64,000 nucleotides of DNA from Patescibacteria group bacterium (GTDB lineage: Bacteria > Patescibacteriota > Minisyncoccia > Phycocordibacterales > UBA1006), in contig JAQBQS010000016.1 in assembly GCA_028286885.1 (NCBI GenBank), positions 2,809 through 66,808 on the forward strand. The letters are read 5' to 3'. A program made the translations under genes and the position numbers. The stretch's first letter is position 1. The number at the start of each line of letters is the position of its first letter. The notes beneath the pieces were generated by a model that had not been told where the DNA came from, searched no databases, and saw only the letters and a program-made list of their open reading frames with translations. Of the stretch, positions 48,230 to 57,571 are shown one piece after another.

Positions 48230-49279
48230 GTGATTCAGGACACCTATTCTAACATCATCTCGCTCAAAAACTTGTTCACCGCGTGGAAGGAATTTATCAT
48301 CGGCAAGAAAAATAAAGCGGACGTTCTTGAATTCGGCACGATGTACGAGCAGGAATTGATCGCGCTCCACGCTTCGCTCGATCTCGGACGGTATTCGCAC
48401 GGCGGCTACCACGCGTTCATGGTCTGCGATCCGAAGCGCAGATCGATCAACAAGGCCCGGGTGCGCGACCGCGTTTTGCATCACGCGATCCACAGGCTTC
48501 TCGTTCCGATATTCGAGCCCGGGTTCATTTTCGATTCCTATTCGTCGAGAAAAGCCAAAGGCGTCCATGCGGCGCGCGAGCGATTCCGCGAATTCGCGCG
48601 CGTGCTGTCGCGGAACAATACGAAAACAGTCTGGGTTCTCAAATGCGACATCAGGAAATTTTTCGATTCGGTCGACCATGCGGTTCTTATGGGCCTTCTC
48701 GCGCGCAGGCTGAAGTGCCCGCGGACGCTCGCGCTTCTCGGCAATATCATCCGAAGCTACGACTCCGGCGCGGGGAAGGGAATACCGCTCGGCAACCTGA
48801 CAAGCCAGCTGTTTTCGAACGTCTACATGGATCCGTTCGACCAGTTCATGAAAAGGATCGTCCGCGCGAAATGCTATATAAGGTACGCGGACGATTTCGT
48901 GATCCTTTCCCGCGACCGCGACTATTTGGCACGCCTGATTCCGACGATCAACGCCTTCCTGGACAAAGACCTCAAGCTCCGGATGCATCCGAACAAAGTC
49001 GAGATCAAGAAATGGCATTCCGGAATCGATTTTCTGGGGGCGACGATGTTCCCGCATTTTCGCGTTCTGCGCACCAAGACCAAAAGGCGCGCGTTCAGAA
49101 AAATCAGGAAGAACATTATTTTTTACAAGAACGGACTCATCCAATACGAGGATCTTGTTTCGATCATCCGTTCGTATCTGGGAATCATGCAGCACGTGGA
49201 CTCGTTCGGCGTCAGGCGAGACCTCTTGTCGATGATCAGGAGCATGGGATCCGCAGGTGTGGAATTCTCGAAATTGTGA
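48230..49279 (+). CDS. DGR reverse transcriptase
   Basis: DPKRRSI, RDRVLHHAI, SYSSRKAKGVH, LKCDIRKFFDSVDH, GIPLGNLTSQLFSNVYM, YIRYADDF, IDFLG; start GTG 48230 (alternative in-frame ATG 48158). Confidence 0.95.
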   Translation: MIQDTYSNIISLKNLFTAWKEFIIGKKNKADVLEFGTMYEQELIALHASLDLGRYSHGGYHAFMVCDPKRRSINKARVRDRVLHHAIHRLLVPIFEPGFIFDSYSSRKAKGVHAARERFREFARVLSRNNTKTVWVLKCDIRKFFDSVDHAVLMGLLARRLKCPRTLALLGNIIRSYDSGAGKGIPLGNLTSQLFSNVYMDPFDQFMKRIVRAKCYIRYADDFVILSRDRDYLARLIPTINAFLDKDLKLRMHPNKVEIKKWHSGIDFLGATMFPHFRVLRTKTKRRAFRKIRKNIIFYKNGLIQYEDLVSIIRSYLGIMQHVDSFGVRRDLLSMIRSMGSAGVEFSKL

Positions 49280-49291
49280 TAGTCTTGGCAC

Positions 49292-51319
49292 ATGAAAGGC
49301 CCCGTTTTCAAGATCGAACAACAAGACGCCGGCGATAAAAACGCGAAGCAAGAAGGCAAAGCCGCCCGGGTATTTGAGACCCATAAGGACTTTTTCGCCA
49401 ATTACACGAAACACGGCAACTTGGAAATCAAGCCCGCAACCGACGCGGGACTTGAAACGTCGGCGATCGATTTGTCGGATCCGAAGCGTCCGAAAATATT
49501 CCTCCACGACGATTTTCTCGAGGAAAAAAGCGGCGGAAGCGACATCGCGGGACTGTGGGCCGCGTCGCACGAGTGCGAGCATCTCGTGGAACTTTTGGGG
49601 CTCTTGAACGAAAAGGACGGGCCGGGAATCTGGCGCGACCGGCAGGCGGCGATCGATGCCGATCCGAGCTTGCACATTCTGGACAATTGCCTGGACGACG
49701 TGAAAATGAACCGAAGCGTCGTTGCGAAGGCTCCGGTCACGCGCGGCAGCTTCCATGAAATTTACGACAAGAAGCTTTTTGCGGACACGGATTTTACCAA
49801 GATCCCGAAACATCTGCAGTTTGCGTACGCGTTGCTGAACGAAGACCCGATCAACGGAGGGCGCGCGTGCACCGTTTCGCCCGACGTGCGCCAGGAAATT
49901 ACGCGCCTCCGGGCCGTTCAAAACGGGCAAAAGCAAAATTTGTTCAACTTCATGACCAATCCCGATGTCGGAATGAAGGACCGCCTGAAGCTGCAGGAAA
50001 TGTTTTTCGAGCCGGTCTATAAAAAATTCAAGCGGGACGACGACAAGAATTGGGAGCCGCCCAAAGACGGCGACAAGAAAGAAGGCGAGGGAAGCCCCGA
50101 TCAGAATCAAGGACAGCAAGGCGAAGGGCAGGATCAAGAAGGCGGCCAGCCTCCAAAGTCCCAAGACCAAAAACCTTCCGGCGACGGAAAAGGCAAGCCG
50201 GAGAAAAAAGAAGGTCCGTCCGAAAACGGCGATCCGAAAGATTCCGAATCCGAACCCGGAGACGGCAAGAAAACGGATGAAAAATACAAGGAGCTCTACG
50301 ACAAGTTCAACGAGGCGATGAAGCAGGCCGTCCCGAAAGATCTCGAGGAAAAAGCCGTCGAGGAATTCATCGACAACAAATCCGATCGGAAAAGCTACGA
50401 GGAGCAATCGCTCGAAGCGTACGCGCTCGCCGAAGGCGTGACGGTCGAAGATTTGAAAGGCTATCGCCGCTACATCGACCGCGTCGAGGAATTGCGCAAT
50501 CCCGAGACCGACGAACTGCTGATCGAGGAAATCCGCAACATTTTCCGCCGCATCATCGCCGAGCGCACCGCAAAGCTGCCGCAATCTAAAATGCCGCAGA
50601 GCGAAGGCGTCACGATCCGGTTTCCCGCCCAGGCCGTCGTCCAGACCAAAGCCGGAAATCCCGAACCCGAAGTCTGGCAGACGATCGAAGAGAAGGAGGC
50701 GGTCAAGGAATTGATCGGCAAGTTCGACGTGACGCTGGTGTGCGACCGGTCCCGCTCCATGGGTTCAGGCGGAAAACTGGAAGCCCAGCGGACGACGTCG
50801 GCTCTGGTTTTGGAAGCTTTGCGCGAGTTCGGCACGGACCTCGAGGACGCGGCGGCGGATTTGGAATCGAATCTCGAAATCAGGACGGAAGTTTGGTCGT
50901 TCGGCGACGACGCGCAGTGCGAACTTTTGAAAGCACTGTCTCCGACGCTCTCCGAAAAAGAACGGGTGCTCGTCTATCAGAAGCTGTCGCAGGTGCCCGG
51001 AAACTCGACCAAGGATTACCAGACCCTCGAAAAGCTGCTGAAGAGTTTGGACCCGAAAGATCTGGACGCGATCGCCGAGAAGAAGCTGCGCAAAATCGTC
51101 TTTGTCGTTTCCGACGGCGAGAGCAGCGACGTCGCCGCAACGAAACGGATTCTCGCGAAGCTTCGCGAAAAAGGAATTCTCGTCTACGGAATCGGCGTCA
51201 CGAACGAAGCGCGATCGATCGAGACGACCTATGCGCCCTCCGGCCGCGTCTGTCCCGACCAGAACCAGCTCCCGGTTGTCATGGGCGAACTCTTGAAAGA
51301 GCAGCTGGAGACCGTCTGA
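49292..51319 (+). CDS. HExxH + acidic linker + vWA domain protein (MoxR partner type)
   Basis: ASHECEHL and NCLDDVKMN in N-domain; D/E/G/Q/K-rich linker; MIDAS DRSRSM, ST.D, VSDGE. Confidence 0.8.
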   Translation: MKGPVFKIEQQDAGDKNAKQEGKAARVFETHKDFFANYTKHGNLEIKPATDAGLETSAIDLSDPKRPKIFLHDDFLEEKSGGSDIAGLWAASHECEHLVELLGLLNEKDGPGIWRDRQAAIDADPSLHILDNCLDDVKMNRSVVAKAPVTRGSFHEIYDKKLFADTDFTKIPKHLQFAYALLNEDPINGGRACTVSPDVRQEITRLRAVQNGQKQNLFNFMTNPDVGMKDRLKLQEMFFEPVYKKFKRDDDKNWEPPKDGDKKEGEGSPDQNQGQQGEGQDQEGGQPPKSQDQKPSGDGKGKPEKKEGPSENGDPKDSESEPGDGKKTDEKYKELYDKFNEAMKQAVPKDLEEKAVEEFIDNKSDRKSYEEQSLEAYALAEGVTVEDLKGYRRYIDRVEELRNPETDELLIEEIRNIFRRIIAERTAKLPQSKMPQSEGVTIRFPAQAVVQTKAGNPEPEVWQTIEEKEAVKELIGKFDVTLVCDRSRSMGSGGKLEAQRTTSALVLEALREFGTDLEDAAADLESNLEIRTEVWSFGDDAQCELLKALSPTLSEKERVLVYQKLSQVPGNSTKDYQTLEKLLKSLDPKDLDAIAEKKLRKIVFVVSDGESSDVAATKRILAKLREKGILVYGIGVTNEARSIETTYAPSGRVCPDQNQLPVVMGELLKEQLETV

Positions 51320-51521
51320 TTTCTTGGGTAAGGGATGCGGATAAAATAAGCAAGAATAAAAGCCTTTCGATTGGATCGAAAGGCTTTTTTGTTGAGGCTC
51401 TGCTTCCTCGAGGCTCACCGTTTAGTATTTATTTGTCAAGTACTCTTGATTAAGCCTTTAATTGCAAAGGAATGCTCCCCATGGTACTGTTTGCAAAATC
51501 ATTCACTCTTAAAACAACATA

Positions 51522-52487
51522 ATGATACAACTCATCAACGCTATTTTTGTCATGGGCTGGTATATCGGCGCCGGACTTTTTGTACTGCAGTCGTACAAGC
51601 TCTATAAATCCAAGGATGCAAACGGCGTTTCGATAATCGCAGCCGTCGGATTTTTTATTCTCAATCTCAATTCGAGCTTCTGGATGTATTTCCATCACGA
51701 GTATCTGACGATCATCGGAACGATGGGAATCGCGCTTGCCAACTTGGCCAATGCAATCCTTGCGTGGAACTACGGAGGAAGGCCAAAGTACGACGCCGTT
51801 ATTTTTGATCTGGACGGAACAATTTTTGACACGCAGACGCCTGTTCATGCGACGGCCGAATGCAGCATCCTCGCGACCCATGGAATTATTCTTGAACCGG
51901 CAGAAATTTCGGAGCGCTTCGCGGGCATGTCCACGCTCAAAGTCTTCAAGGATCTCGCGCCGCATCTTGACGAACATGAACTCTTCGACCAGAAGTGGAA
52001 CATGATACGCGAGATGCTCGAATCGAAGCATCCTGAACCGATTAAAGGGATGGACCGACTGCTCGCGCATCTGCGACTCAAGAAAACATTGACTGCCGTC
52101 GCGTCTGCATCACCTCGGTGGTACATCGAACTCATGATGAAGAAAAATATCGGCAAGCGCATTTCCGAAGCGGTAGGTCCTGTTTTCAGAGATACGCCGC
52201 TCGGATATTATTTCCAGCAGAATTATGTTTCAGCCGACGAAGTCGAGAATCCAAAGCCGGCACCCGATGTATTCCTAGAAGCCGCAAAACGTCTCGGTGT
52301 CGATCCTCAAAGATGTCTCGTCATCGGCGACGGCATGTCGGACGTTCGTGGCGGAACGGCTGCGGGGATGGATGTCATCTTCTTGGGCAAGGCGAGCGAA
52401 GAACTTGAAAAGCTTGATAATGTCATTTCATTTTCAAACAGCGAGGACTTGGTTTCGTATCTGATCAAGCAGAAGAATTTCTTTTGA
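51522..52487 (+). CDS. PQ-loop/SemiSWEET-like membrane domain fused to HAD phosphatase
   Basis: Three TM segments with LQSYKLYKSKDANGVS; FDLDGT, ASAS, KPAPDVF, IGDGMSD..G..AAGM. Confidence 0.75.
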   Translation: MIQLINAIFVMGWYIGAGLFVLQSYKLYKSKDANGVSIIAAVGFFILNLNSSFWMYFHHEYLTIIGTMGIALANLANAILAWNYGGRPKYDAVIFDLDGTIFDTQTPVHATAECSILATHGIILEPAEISERFAGMSTLKVFKDLAPHLDEHELFDQKWNMIREMLESKHPEPIKGMDRLLAHLRLKKTLTAVASASPRWYIELMMKKNIGKRISEAVGPVFRDTPLGYYFQQNYVSADEVENPKPAPDVFLEAAKRLGVDPQRCLVIGDGMSDVRGGTAAGMDVIFLGKASEELEKLDNVISFSNSEDLVSYLIKQKNFF

Positions 52488-52577
52488 AAGCAAATCACAC
52501 TGGAAGGTGTGATTTTTTATTTGGAAAGTAAAAAACTGCGCTCGCCGTGAAGGCTGCGCAGTTTGAATGCTGGATGA

Positions 52578-54110
52578 TTATTCAAATTCAGTGGTAGCAG
52601 GGGGCTTGGGAGTGTAATCCCAGAACACCCTGTTGACCAGCGTATGCTTGGTAATCTCGTTCGTGATTCTCTCCATCACGTGCGGCGCCAGATACATGGG
52701 CTTGACCGTCATGAAGTCCGACGTGGTGATCGGACGAACGATGATGGAATAGGCGAGCGATCTCGCGTCTCCTTTGACTCCCGTTGTCTTGGTTCCGTCG
52801 AGCGCGACAACCAGCTGCGATATCTCATCGTAGCAGTTCTCATCTTTGAGGATCGCGGTGACGATCTTGTCAGCCCATTGGACCGTCTTGATCAGGTTTC
52901 GCGTTGCCGGTATGCCAAGAATGCGCAGATACAGTCCCGGTCCCGGAAAGGGTTTCCGTTCCGCGATCATCGCGTCAAGGTTGAGGCTGCGCGCGATGGC
53001 GCGGATCTCATGCTTGAAGAGATGAGACAGCGGTTCGACCTTCGGTATCGAGAAGTCCACGATGTTGTGGTGCGACTTGATCAAGGCGGATTTTCCTTTC
53101 TTTCCCGACTCGATCAAATCCGTTGCGAGCGTTCCCTGGATCATGTGGGTGATCCGGTATTTTGAAATGATCCGTTCGAATGTCTCGCGATAGGCCTTCA
53201 TGAATCGCTTGCGCTTTTCTTCGGGATCGGTCGCCTTGCCGATGGTTTTAAGAAACCGGCTGCTTGCCTTGACGACATTGATCGGGATCCCCGCCCGCGC
53301 CATGGTGGCTTGGACTTCTTCGATCTCGCCTTCTCTCATCCCGCCGTGATCAATGATGAACGAGACGAGGTTGTCGCCCATGATAGGCGCCAAGATGGCG
53401 GCGAGCGTCGTGGAATCAACTCCTCCGCTTAAGCCGAGGAGTGCGCGACCGCCGCCGACCTCTGTCAGAACGTGGTTTCTTATTTCATCGATCGCGTTTT
53501 CGGAATTCCAGTCAGGGACGCATTTTGCAATACCTGCGAAATTTTTCAGGATCGAGTTGTCATCGTCGGTTTGGATAACCTCGGGATGAAACTGGAGCGC
53601 GATAATTTTTCCGAGAGGTGAAATGATTCCCTCGATGACTTTTCCTCCGTCCGTTCCTGATGATGCGATTTCTTCGAATCCGTTTGGAAGATTTGCAACG
53701 ATGTCGCCGTGGCTTGTCCACGCGTTCAAATGCGTTTGGAGATCTGCAAAAATCCGTTCTTCGTTGTTGATGCGGATTTTCATCGGGCCGTAGCCTTTCT
53801 GATCCGTATTTCCTTTTTGCACCGATGAAGAATCTAAAAGGTGTGCAATGAGCTGCATGCCGTAGCAGATGCCGAGGACGTAGTAGTCGCCGTTTAAAAG
53901 TTCTACGGGAATGGTCGGCGCATTCTCGTCGTAGACGCTCGCGTTTCCTCCGGAGAGGATGAGCGCTTTCGGAGAATTTTCTGCCAGGCATTCTTTCAGT
54001 TTTTCAGGGCTTGTGATAACCGATCTGAATCCGAGAAGCGCAAGAGTCCTTGCGATGATGGTCGTGTACTGCGAGCCGAAATCGATAATGACGAATTGTG
54101 GTTTATTCAT
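52578..54110 (-). CDS. guaA: GMP synthase (glutamine-hydrolysing)
   Basis: DFGSQYT, GICYGMQ, QFHPEV, SGGVDS, IKSHHN, PFPGPGL, KPPATTEFE. Confidence 0.96.
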   Translation of the reverse strand: MNKPQFVIIDFGSQYTTIIARTLALLGFRSVITSPEKLKECLAENSPKALILSGGNASVYDENAPTIPVELLNGDYYVLGICYGMQLIAHLLDSSSVQKGNTDQKGYGPMKIRINNEERIFADLQTHLNAWTSHGDIVANLPNGFEEIASSGTDGGKVIEGIISPLGKIIALQFHPEVIQTDDDNSILKNFAGIAKCVPDWNSENAIDEIRNHVLTEVGGGRALLGLSGGVDSTTLAAILAPIMGDNLVSFIIDHGGMREGEIEEVQATMARAGIPINVVKASSRFLKTIGKATDPEEKRKRFMKAYRETFERIISKYRITHMIQGTLATDLIESGKKGKSALIKSHHNIVDFSIPKVEPLSHLFKHEIRAIARSLNLDAMIAERKPFPGPGLYLRILGIPATRNLIKTVQWADKIVTAILKDENCYDEISQLVVALDGTKTTGVKGDARSLAYSIIVRPITTSDFMTVKPMYLAPHVMERITNEITKHTLVNRVFWDYTPKPPATTEFE

Positions 54111-54202
54111 GTTGTTAATGTTTGTTTGCGCGAGCGTATCATTGTTTTGGAACAGTGTCAATTAATTAAAATGCGGATCCGTAATTATGGTATTCTTCTA
54201 TC

Positions 54203-54823
54203 ATGAAAAAACTTCCCTCAGATTTCAAAGAGCTTTCTTCAAATCCGGAACTCTGGAACGAGGTCATGGAATACAATTGTTCGTCAGGAACCTACGAACA
54301 ATGGGAAGGAAAGAGAAAATTCATCGCGGGTGCGATCAACGGCGACGGCACAATATTGGATATCGGGTGCGCGGGCGGAATGTTTTTGAAGTCTCTTCAA
54401 AACTGGTCGCAGTTTGAACTTGTTCCGTATGGAATCGATATCGACGAATCGTACATCGAAGCCGCAAAGAATCTGTTTCCGGAATGTCCGGATCATTTCG
54501 CCGTGCGCGGACTCGCGGATGCGGGAAACCTCGCATCGGCTGGACTTCCCGAGCGTTACGACTTCGTATATGTCAGCGTCATCTACAACGTAAAATGGGT
54601 TGAATTTATCAAGAATACGCTGTTGCCGATGGCCAAGAAGCGACTGGTTCTTGGATTTTATGCGCCGAATAAATTCGAGTTCGAAAGCGAAGGATGGAAA
54701 CAGGAGCGCGCATGGCTTGCCGAGATTATCCAAAGCCTTAAGGATGCAGGTTTGGAATGCTCGGAACCCGTATTTAATCCTGACAGGTTCAACCAGTCGT
54801 ATGTCTGGATCGACAAGGAATAG
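54203..54823 (+). CDS. Class I SAM-dependent methyltransferase
   Basis: ILDIGCAGG, YGIDID. Confidence 0.75.
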   Translation: MKKLPSDFKELSSNPELWNEVMEYNCSSGTYEQWEGKRKFIAGAINGDGTILDIGCAGGMFLKSLQNWSQFELVPYGIDIDESYIEAAKNLFPECPDHFAVRGLADAGNLASAGLPERYDFVYVSVIYNVKWVEFIKNTLLPMAKKRLVLGFYAPNKFEFESEGWKQERAWLAEIIQSLKDAGLECSEPVFNPDRFNQSYVWIDKE

Positions 54824-54912
54824 GGCAGCGGGATACTTGACTTTTAAGCATATATATGCTATCGTTGCTTTGACAGCATTTTATAGTTCACTCATAAAAT
54901 CCAATAAATAAT

Positions 54913-55539
54913 ATGTATTCAGCAAAGCAAAAATTCTGGACAATATTTCTTGCGTACCTTTGTTACAAAATCGAGAAGAAGGTTCAGAACCTCGAAGACG
55001 TGAAGTATGTTCTTCCTATCTGGAATGAGCTCGGTCCTAAAATCATGGAACAATGGCTAAACTCAGGCGACATTTTTCCGGAACATCACCATCAGACGTA
55101 TCTTCATTTTAATTATGGAGGCACATATAACGGCACGATTTTTGGCAAGGTGTTCGGCGAGAAGCTGGAAGAAGCCTACGGCCAGCACGTCATATCGCCA
55201 GGGATGAGAGATGTCTCAATCAAATTTGAGACTGACATCGCCCCGTTTCCTGAACGTGAAAAGAATCTGTACGAGAATCTCCGTCTTGAAATCAGGGAAG
55301 ACGATCGTGTCACCCAGTTCAGTGAAAACGGCGGATTCGCTGCATATTACGACATCCCGCATATGACTACGGTCATGACGGAGTCAAAAAAGGAAGCATT
55401 CAGGGAAGGCTGCAAAACCAGCTTCAACGATGACTTCATGGATTTCTTCGAGAAGAACATCGGTCTCGAGTTTGAAAAGGCACTGATCTTCTTCTGTGAT
55501 GTAATTCCCAGAAGACTGAAGCAGGAAGTTCCTGCTTAA
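54913..55539 (+). CDS. Hypothetical protein
   Basis: 208-aa ORF with own promoter and terminator. Confidence 0.6.
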   Translation: MYSAKQKFWTIFLAYLCYKIEKKVQNLEDVKYVLPIWNELGPKIMEQWLNSGDIFPEHHHQTYLHFNYGGTYNGTIFGKVFGEKLEEAYGQHVISPGMRDVSIKFETDIAPFPEREKNLYENLRLEIREDDRVTQFSENGGFAAYYDIPHMTTVMTESKKEAFREGCKTSFNDDFMDFFEKNIGLEFEKALIFFCDVIPRRLKQEVPA

Positions 55540-55607
55540 AACATTCGCCACCCTCTCTAGCAATGGAGAGGGTGTTTTTTACTTTCAAATAAAAGAGCCT
55601 TTTAAGG

Positions 55608-56570
55608 CTAATTTATCATTGCACCCATATTCTGCCTAAAGGTTATTCTATCCCTTCCTTTTACAATTCCTCCCATGAGAGTGTTGGCGACTACCTTACC
55701 GCCGGGTTCTATGGTTATTATCCCTCCCATCAGTTTGTCGAGAATAAGCGTAACGCCTGACTTCACTGTAACCATTCCGCCCATAATTTTATTGATGGTT
55801 ACGGTCCCGGTTCCGTTAAGTACGGTGTTTCCTCCCATTATCTTGTCCAAGCTTGGTGACGTACTAGCATCAATCGTTTTACTACCCATAGCTTCGGAAT
55901 AATTTCCCTGTGAAGAGGAAGTAAACGTTGAAGAATAGGTTGTTGATTTGCCGTAGGATACGTCTCCGGACGACGTCTGCGTTGTTTTTATTTTCCCCTT
56001 TTCAAATGTGATAGCCGAGGTGCCATTCATATCGAAACTGGTTGCTCCGAACACGATCGATCCTCCCGTGCGGACCGGCTGGGGCACGCCCGCATCTTGG
56101 GCCATTTTTTCGGAAATCGGTTTTTTGTTGGAATCGAAATAGTGCACCTGTCCGTCCTTGATCAGGACATAGACAGTGGCATTTGGAGCTCCTTCGCGGT
56201 TCGGCTCCCGTCTCGGCTCTTCTTTCCTTTCGCGCCGAGGCTCCTCTCTGGTTGCTTCCTGTTTCGGCGGATTTGCGAGTATTTTTTCAATTTTGTCGAG
56301 CATCACTGCCTGATCTGAATTGTTCTCTACGAGAACAGCTTGGATCGCCAACAGAAGGGGCGTCAGTTGTGCCTGCATAGAGGGCCGTTTCTCGTATTCA
56401 TCGGTAACGAGATCAGTTGCTTGGTAAATGTATGCGACGCGCTTGCGAAGTTCTTCGGGGAGCCTGTCTTGGTGAAGACGCTTCCAAAAGAGTCTTCGGA
56501 ATTCTTTCATGCTGAAGTCTTCCATATTATTCTTCGGTTGGCCGAAATTTGAATCGCCTGGCATTTTCAT
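55608..56570 (-). CDS. Hypothetical protein with C-terminal xKIMGG repeats
   Basis: DKIMGG, NKIMGG, DKLMGG, NTLMGG at ~17-aa spacing. Confidence 0.65.
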   Translation of the reverse strand: MKMPGDSNFGQPKNNMEDFSMKEFRRLFWKRLHQDRLPEELRKRVAYIYQATDLVTDEYEKRPSMQAQLTPLLLAIQAVLVENNSDQAVMLDKIEKILANPPKQEATREEPRRERKEEPRREPNREGAPNATVYVLIKDGQVHYFDSNKKPISEKMAQDAGVPQPVRTGGSIVFGATSFDMNGTSAITFEKGKIKTTQTSSGDVSYGKSTTYSSTFTSSSQGNYSEAMGSKTIDASTSPSLDKIMGGNTVLNGTGTVTINKIMGGMVTVKSGVTLILDKLMGGIITIEPGGKVVANTLMGGIVKGRDRITFRQNMGAMIN

Positions 56571-56676
56571 GGTTCCACTATACGCGAGGAACGGATGCTT
56601 GGAAAGTTCTCTTGACTTTATTTGATTATAATGTCATTATAATCCCGAGAATAATTCAAAACCAAAATCAAAACAG

Positions 56677-56829
56677 ATGAAAAGAATACTATGTACATAC
56701 ATCGTGCTTGCCATTCTGGCTTCGGGATGTTCGACGGGCTATCGTCCGTACGGAAAGGCGAAACAGCAAAAGGCATTTGAGAGCTATCAAAGAAGCGAAA
56801 AGCGCAGGAATGCGCATTCAGGCAGATGA
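56677..56829 (+). CDS. Small basic lipoprotein (50 aa)
   Basis: MKRILCTYIVLAILASGC lipobox; lies between a promoter and a terminator. Confidence 0.5.
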   Translation: MKRILCTYIVLAILASGCSTGYRPYGKAKQQKAFESYQRSEKRRNAHSGR

Positions 56830-56948
56830 TCCAAAGGAATGTTTTTAAAGCCGGTAAAAGCCGGTTTTTCTTTTGAACAAAGTCTTGACTTAAATTGTTT
56901 ATTATGTCACTATAACCTCGAAACATATTTAACAACCAAATAAAAAAC

Positions 56949-57503
56949 ATGAAGAAAATAACAAACCTTCAGATCGCCCTCTGGATGGAATTGCTTCCGG
57001 CAGAGGTTTCCGGAATGATACGCCAGAGCAATGAAGATGATCTGGTGAAATTTCTAAAAGGGGACTCGGTCGATACGCTGTTGCTTCTCGATATATGCAA
57101 AGAAGGAGTTGCACAATCCTACGCAGCGGAACTGCAGCTTGTAGAAATGCTCCCTGCATTCTTGGAGCAGGAAAAGAAACTCACAGCGCAGGTTGCGGAA
57201 CTGAAATTCGGCATACCTCATCCGGACGAAAAATTTTGGAACACTGGATGTGGCTTGGTCAAACTGCTCTGCGAGACATGCAAAGTAAAAGAATGGAACA
57301 CTGCCGGAGGTCATAAAGTCGCTAGTCTCTTCGAGACAAAAGATTTTTATGTTGAGTTTCAGCCAACATGGATAAGTATGGTCGTAGGAGGCGGAATATT
57401 CTTCAAACCTCCAACTTCAAAACTTGGGCTCCTAGAAATTCTCGTAGCCGTAGAGAATTTGAAAGAGCTCGGAATGACGGGAATAAGACAGCGAGGAAAC
57501 TAA
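56949..57503 (+). CDS. Hypothetical protein
   Basis: 184-aa ORF with promoter and terminator. Confidence 0.6.
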   Translation: MKKITNLQIALWMELLPAEVSGMIRQSNEDDLVKFLKGDSVDTLLLLDICKEGVAQSYAAELQLVEMLPAFLEQEKKLTAQVAELKFGIPHPDEKFWNTGCGLVKLLCETCKVKEWNTAGGHKVASLFETKDFYVEFQPTWISMVVGGGIFFKPPTSKLGLLEILVAVENLKELGMTGIRQRGN

Positions 57504-57571
57504 CTTTTTCAAACCAATCACAAACGTGTGATTGGTTTTTTATTTTTCTTCAAATTGGTATGATGAAGCAT

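Larger units (their letters stand above)
44895..49279 (+). mobile_element. Diversity-generating retroelement (target-VR, hairpin, TR, avd, RT)
   Basis: TR/VR pair with adenine-specific mismatches, RT with YADD, Avd-like ORF, post-VR hairpin. Confidence 0.95.

Noticed and set aside
48230-49279. Group II intron or retron interpretation of the RT
   Set aside because: No maturase/endonuclease extension or intron domain V seen; the TR/VR pair and Avd identify a DGR
47852-50584. 910-aa minus-strand ORF spanning RT and half of the vWA gene
   Set aside because: Shadow ORF of GC-rich sense genes; only the last ~110-125 aa have recognisable (Avd) motifs
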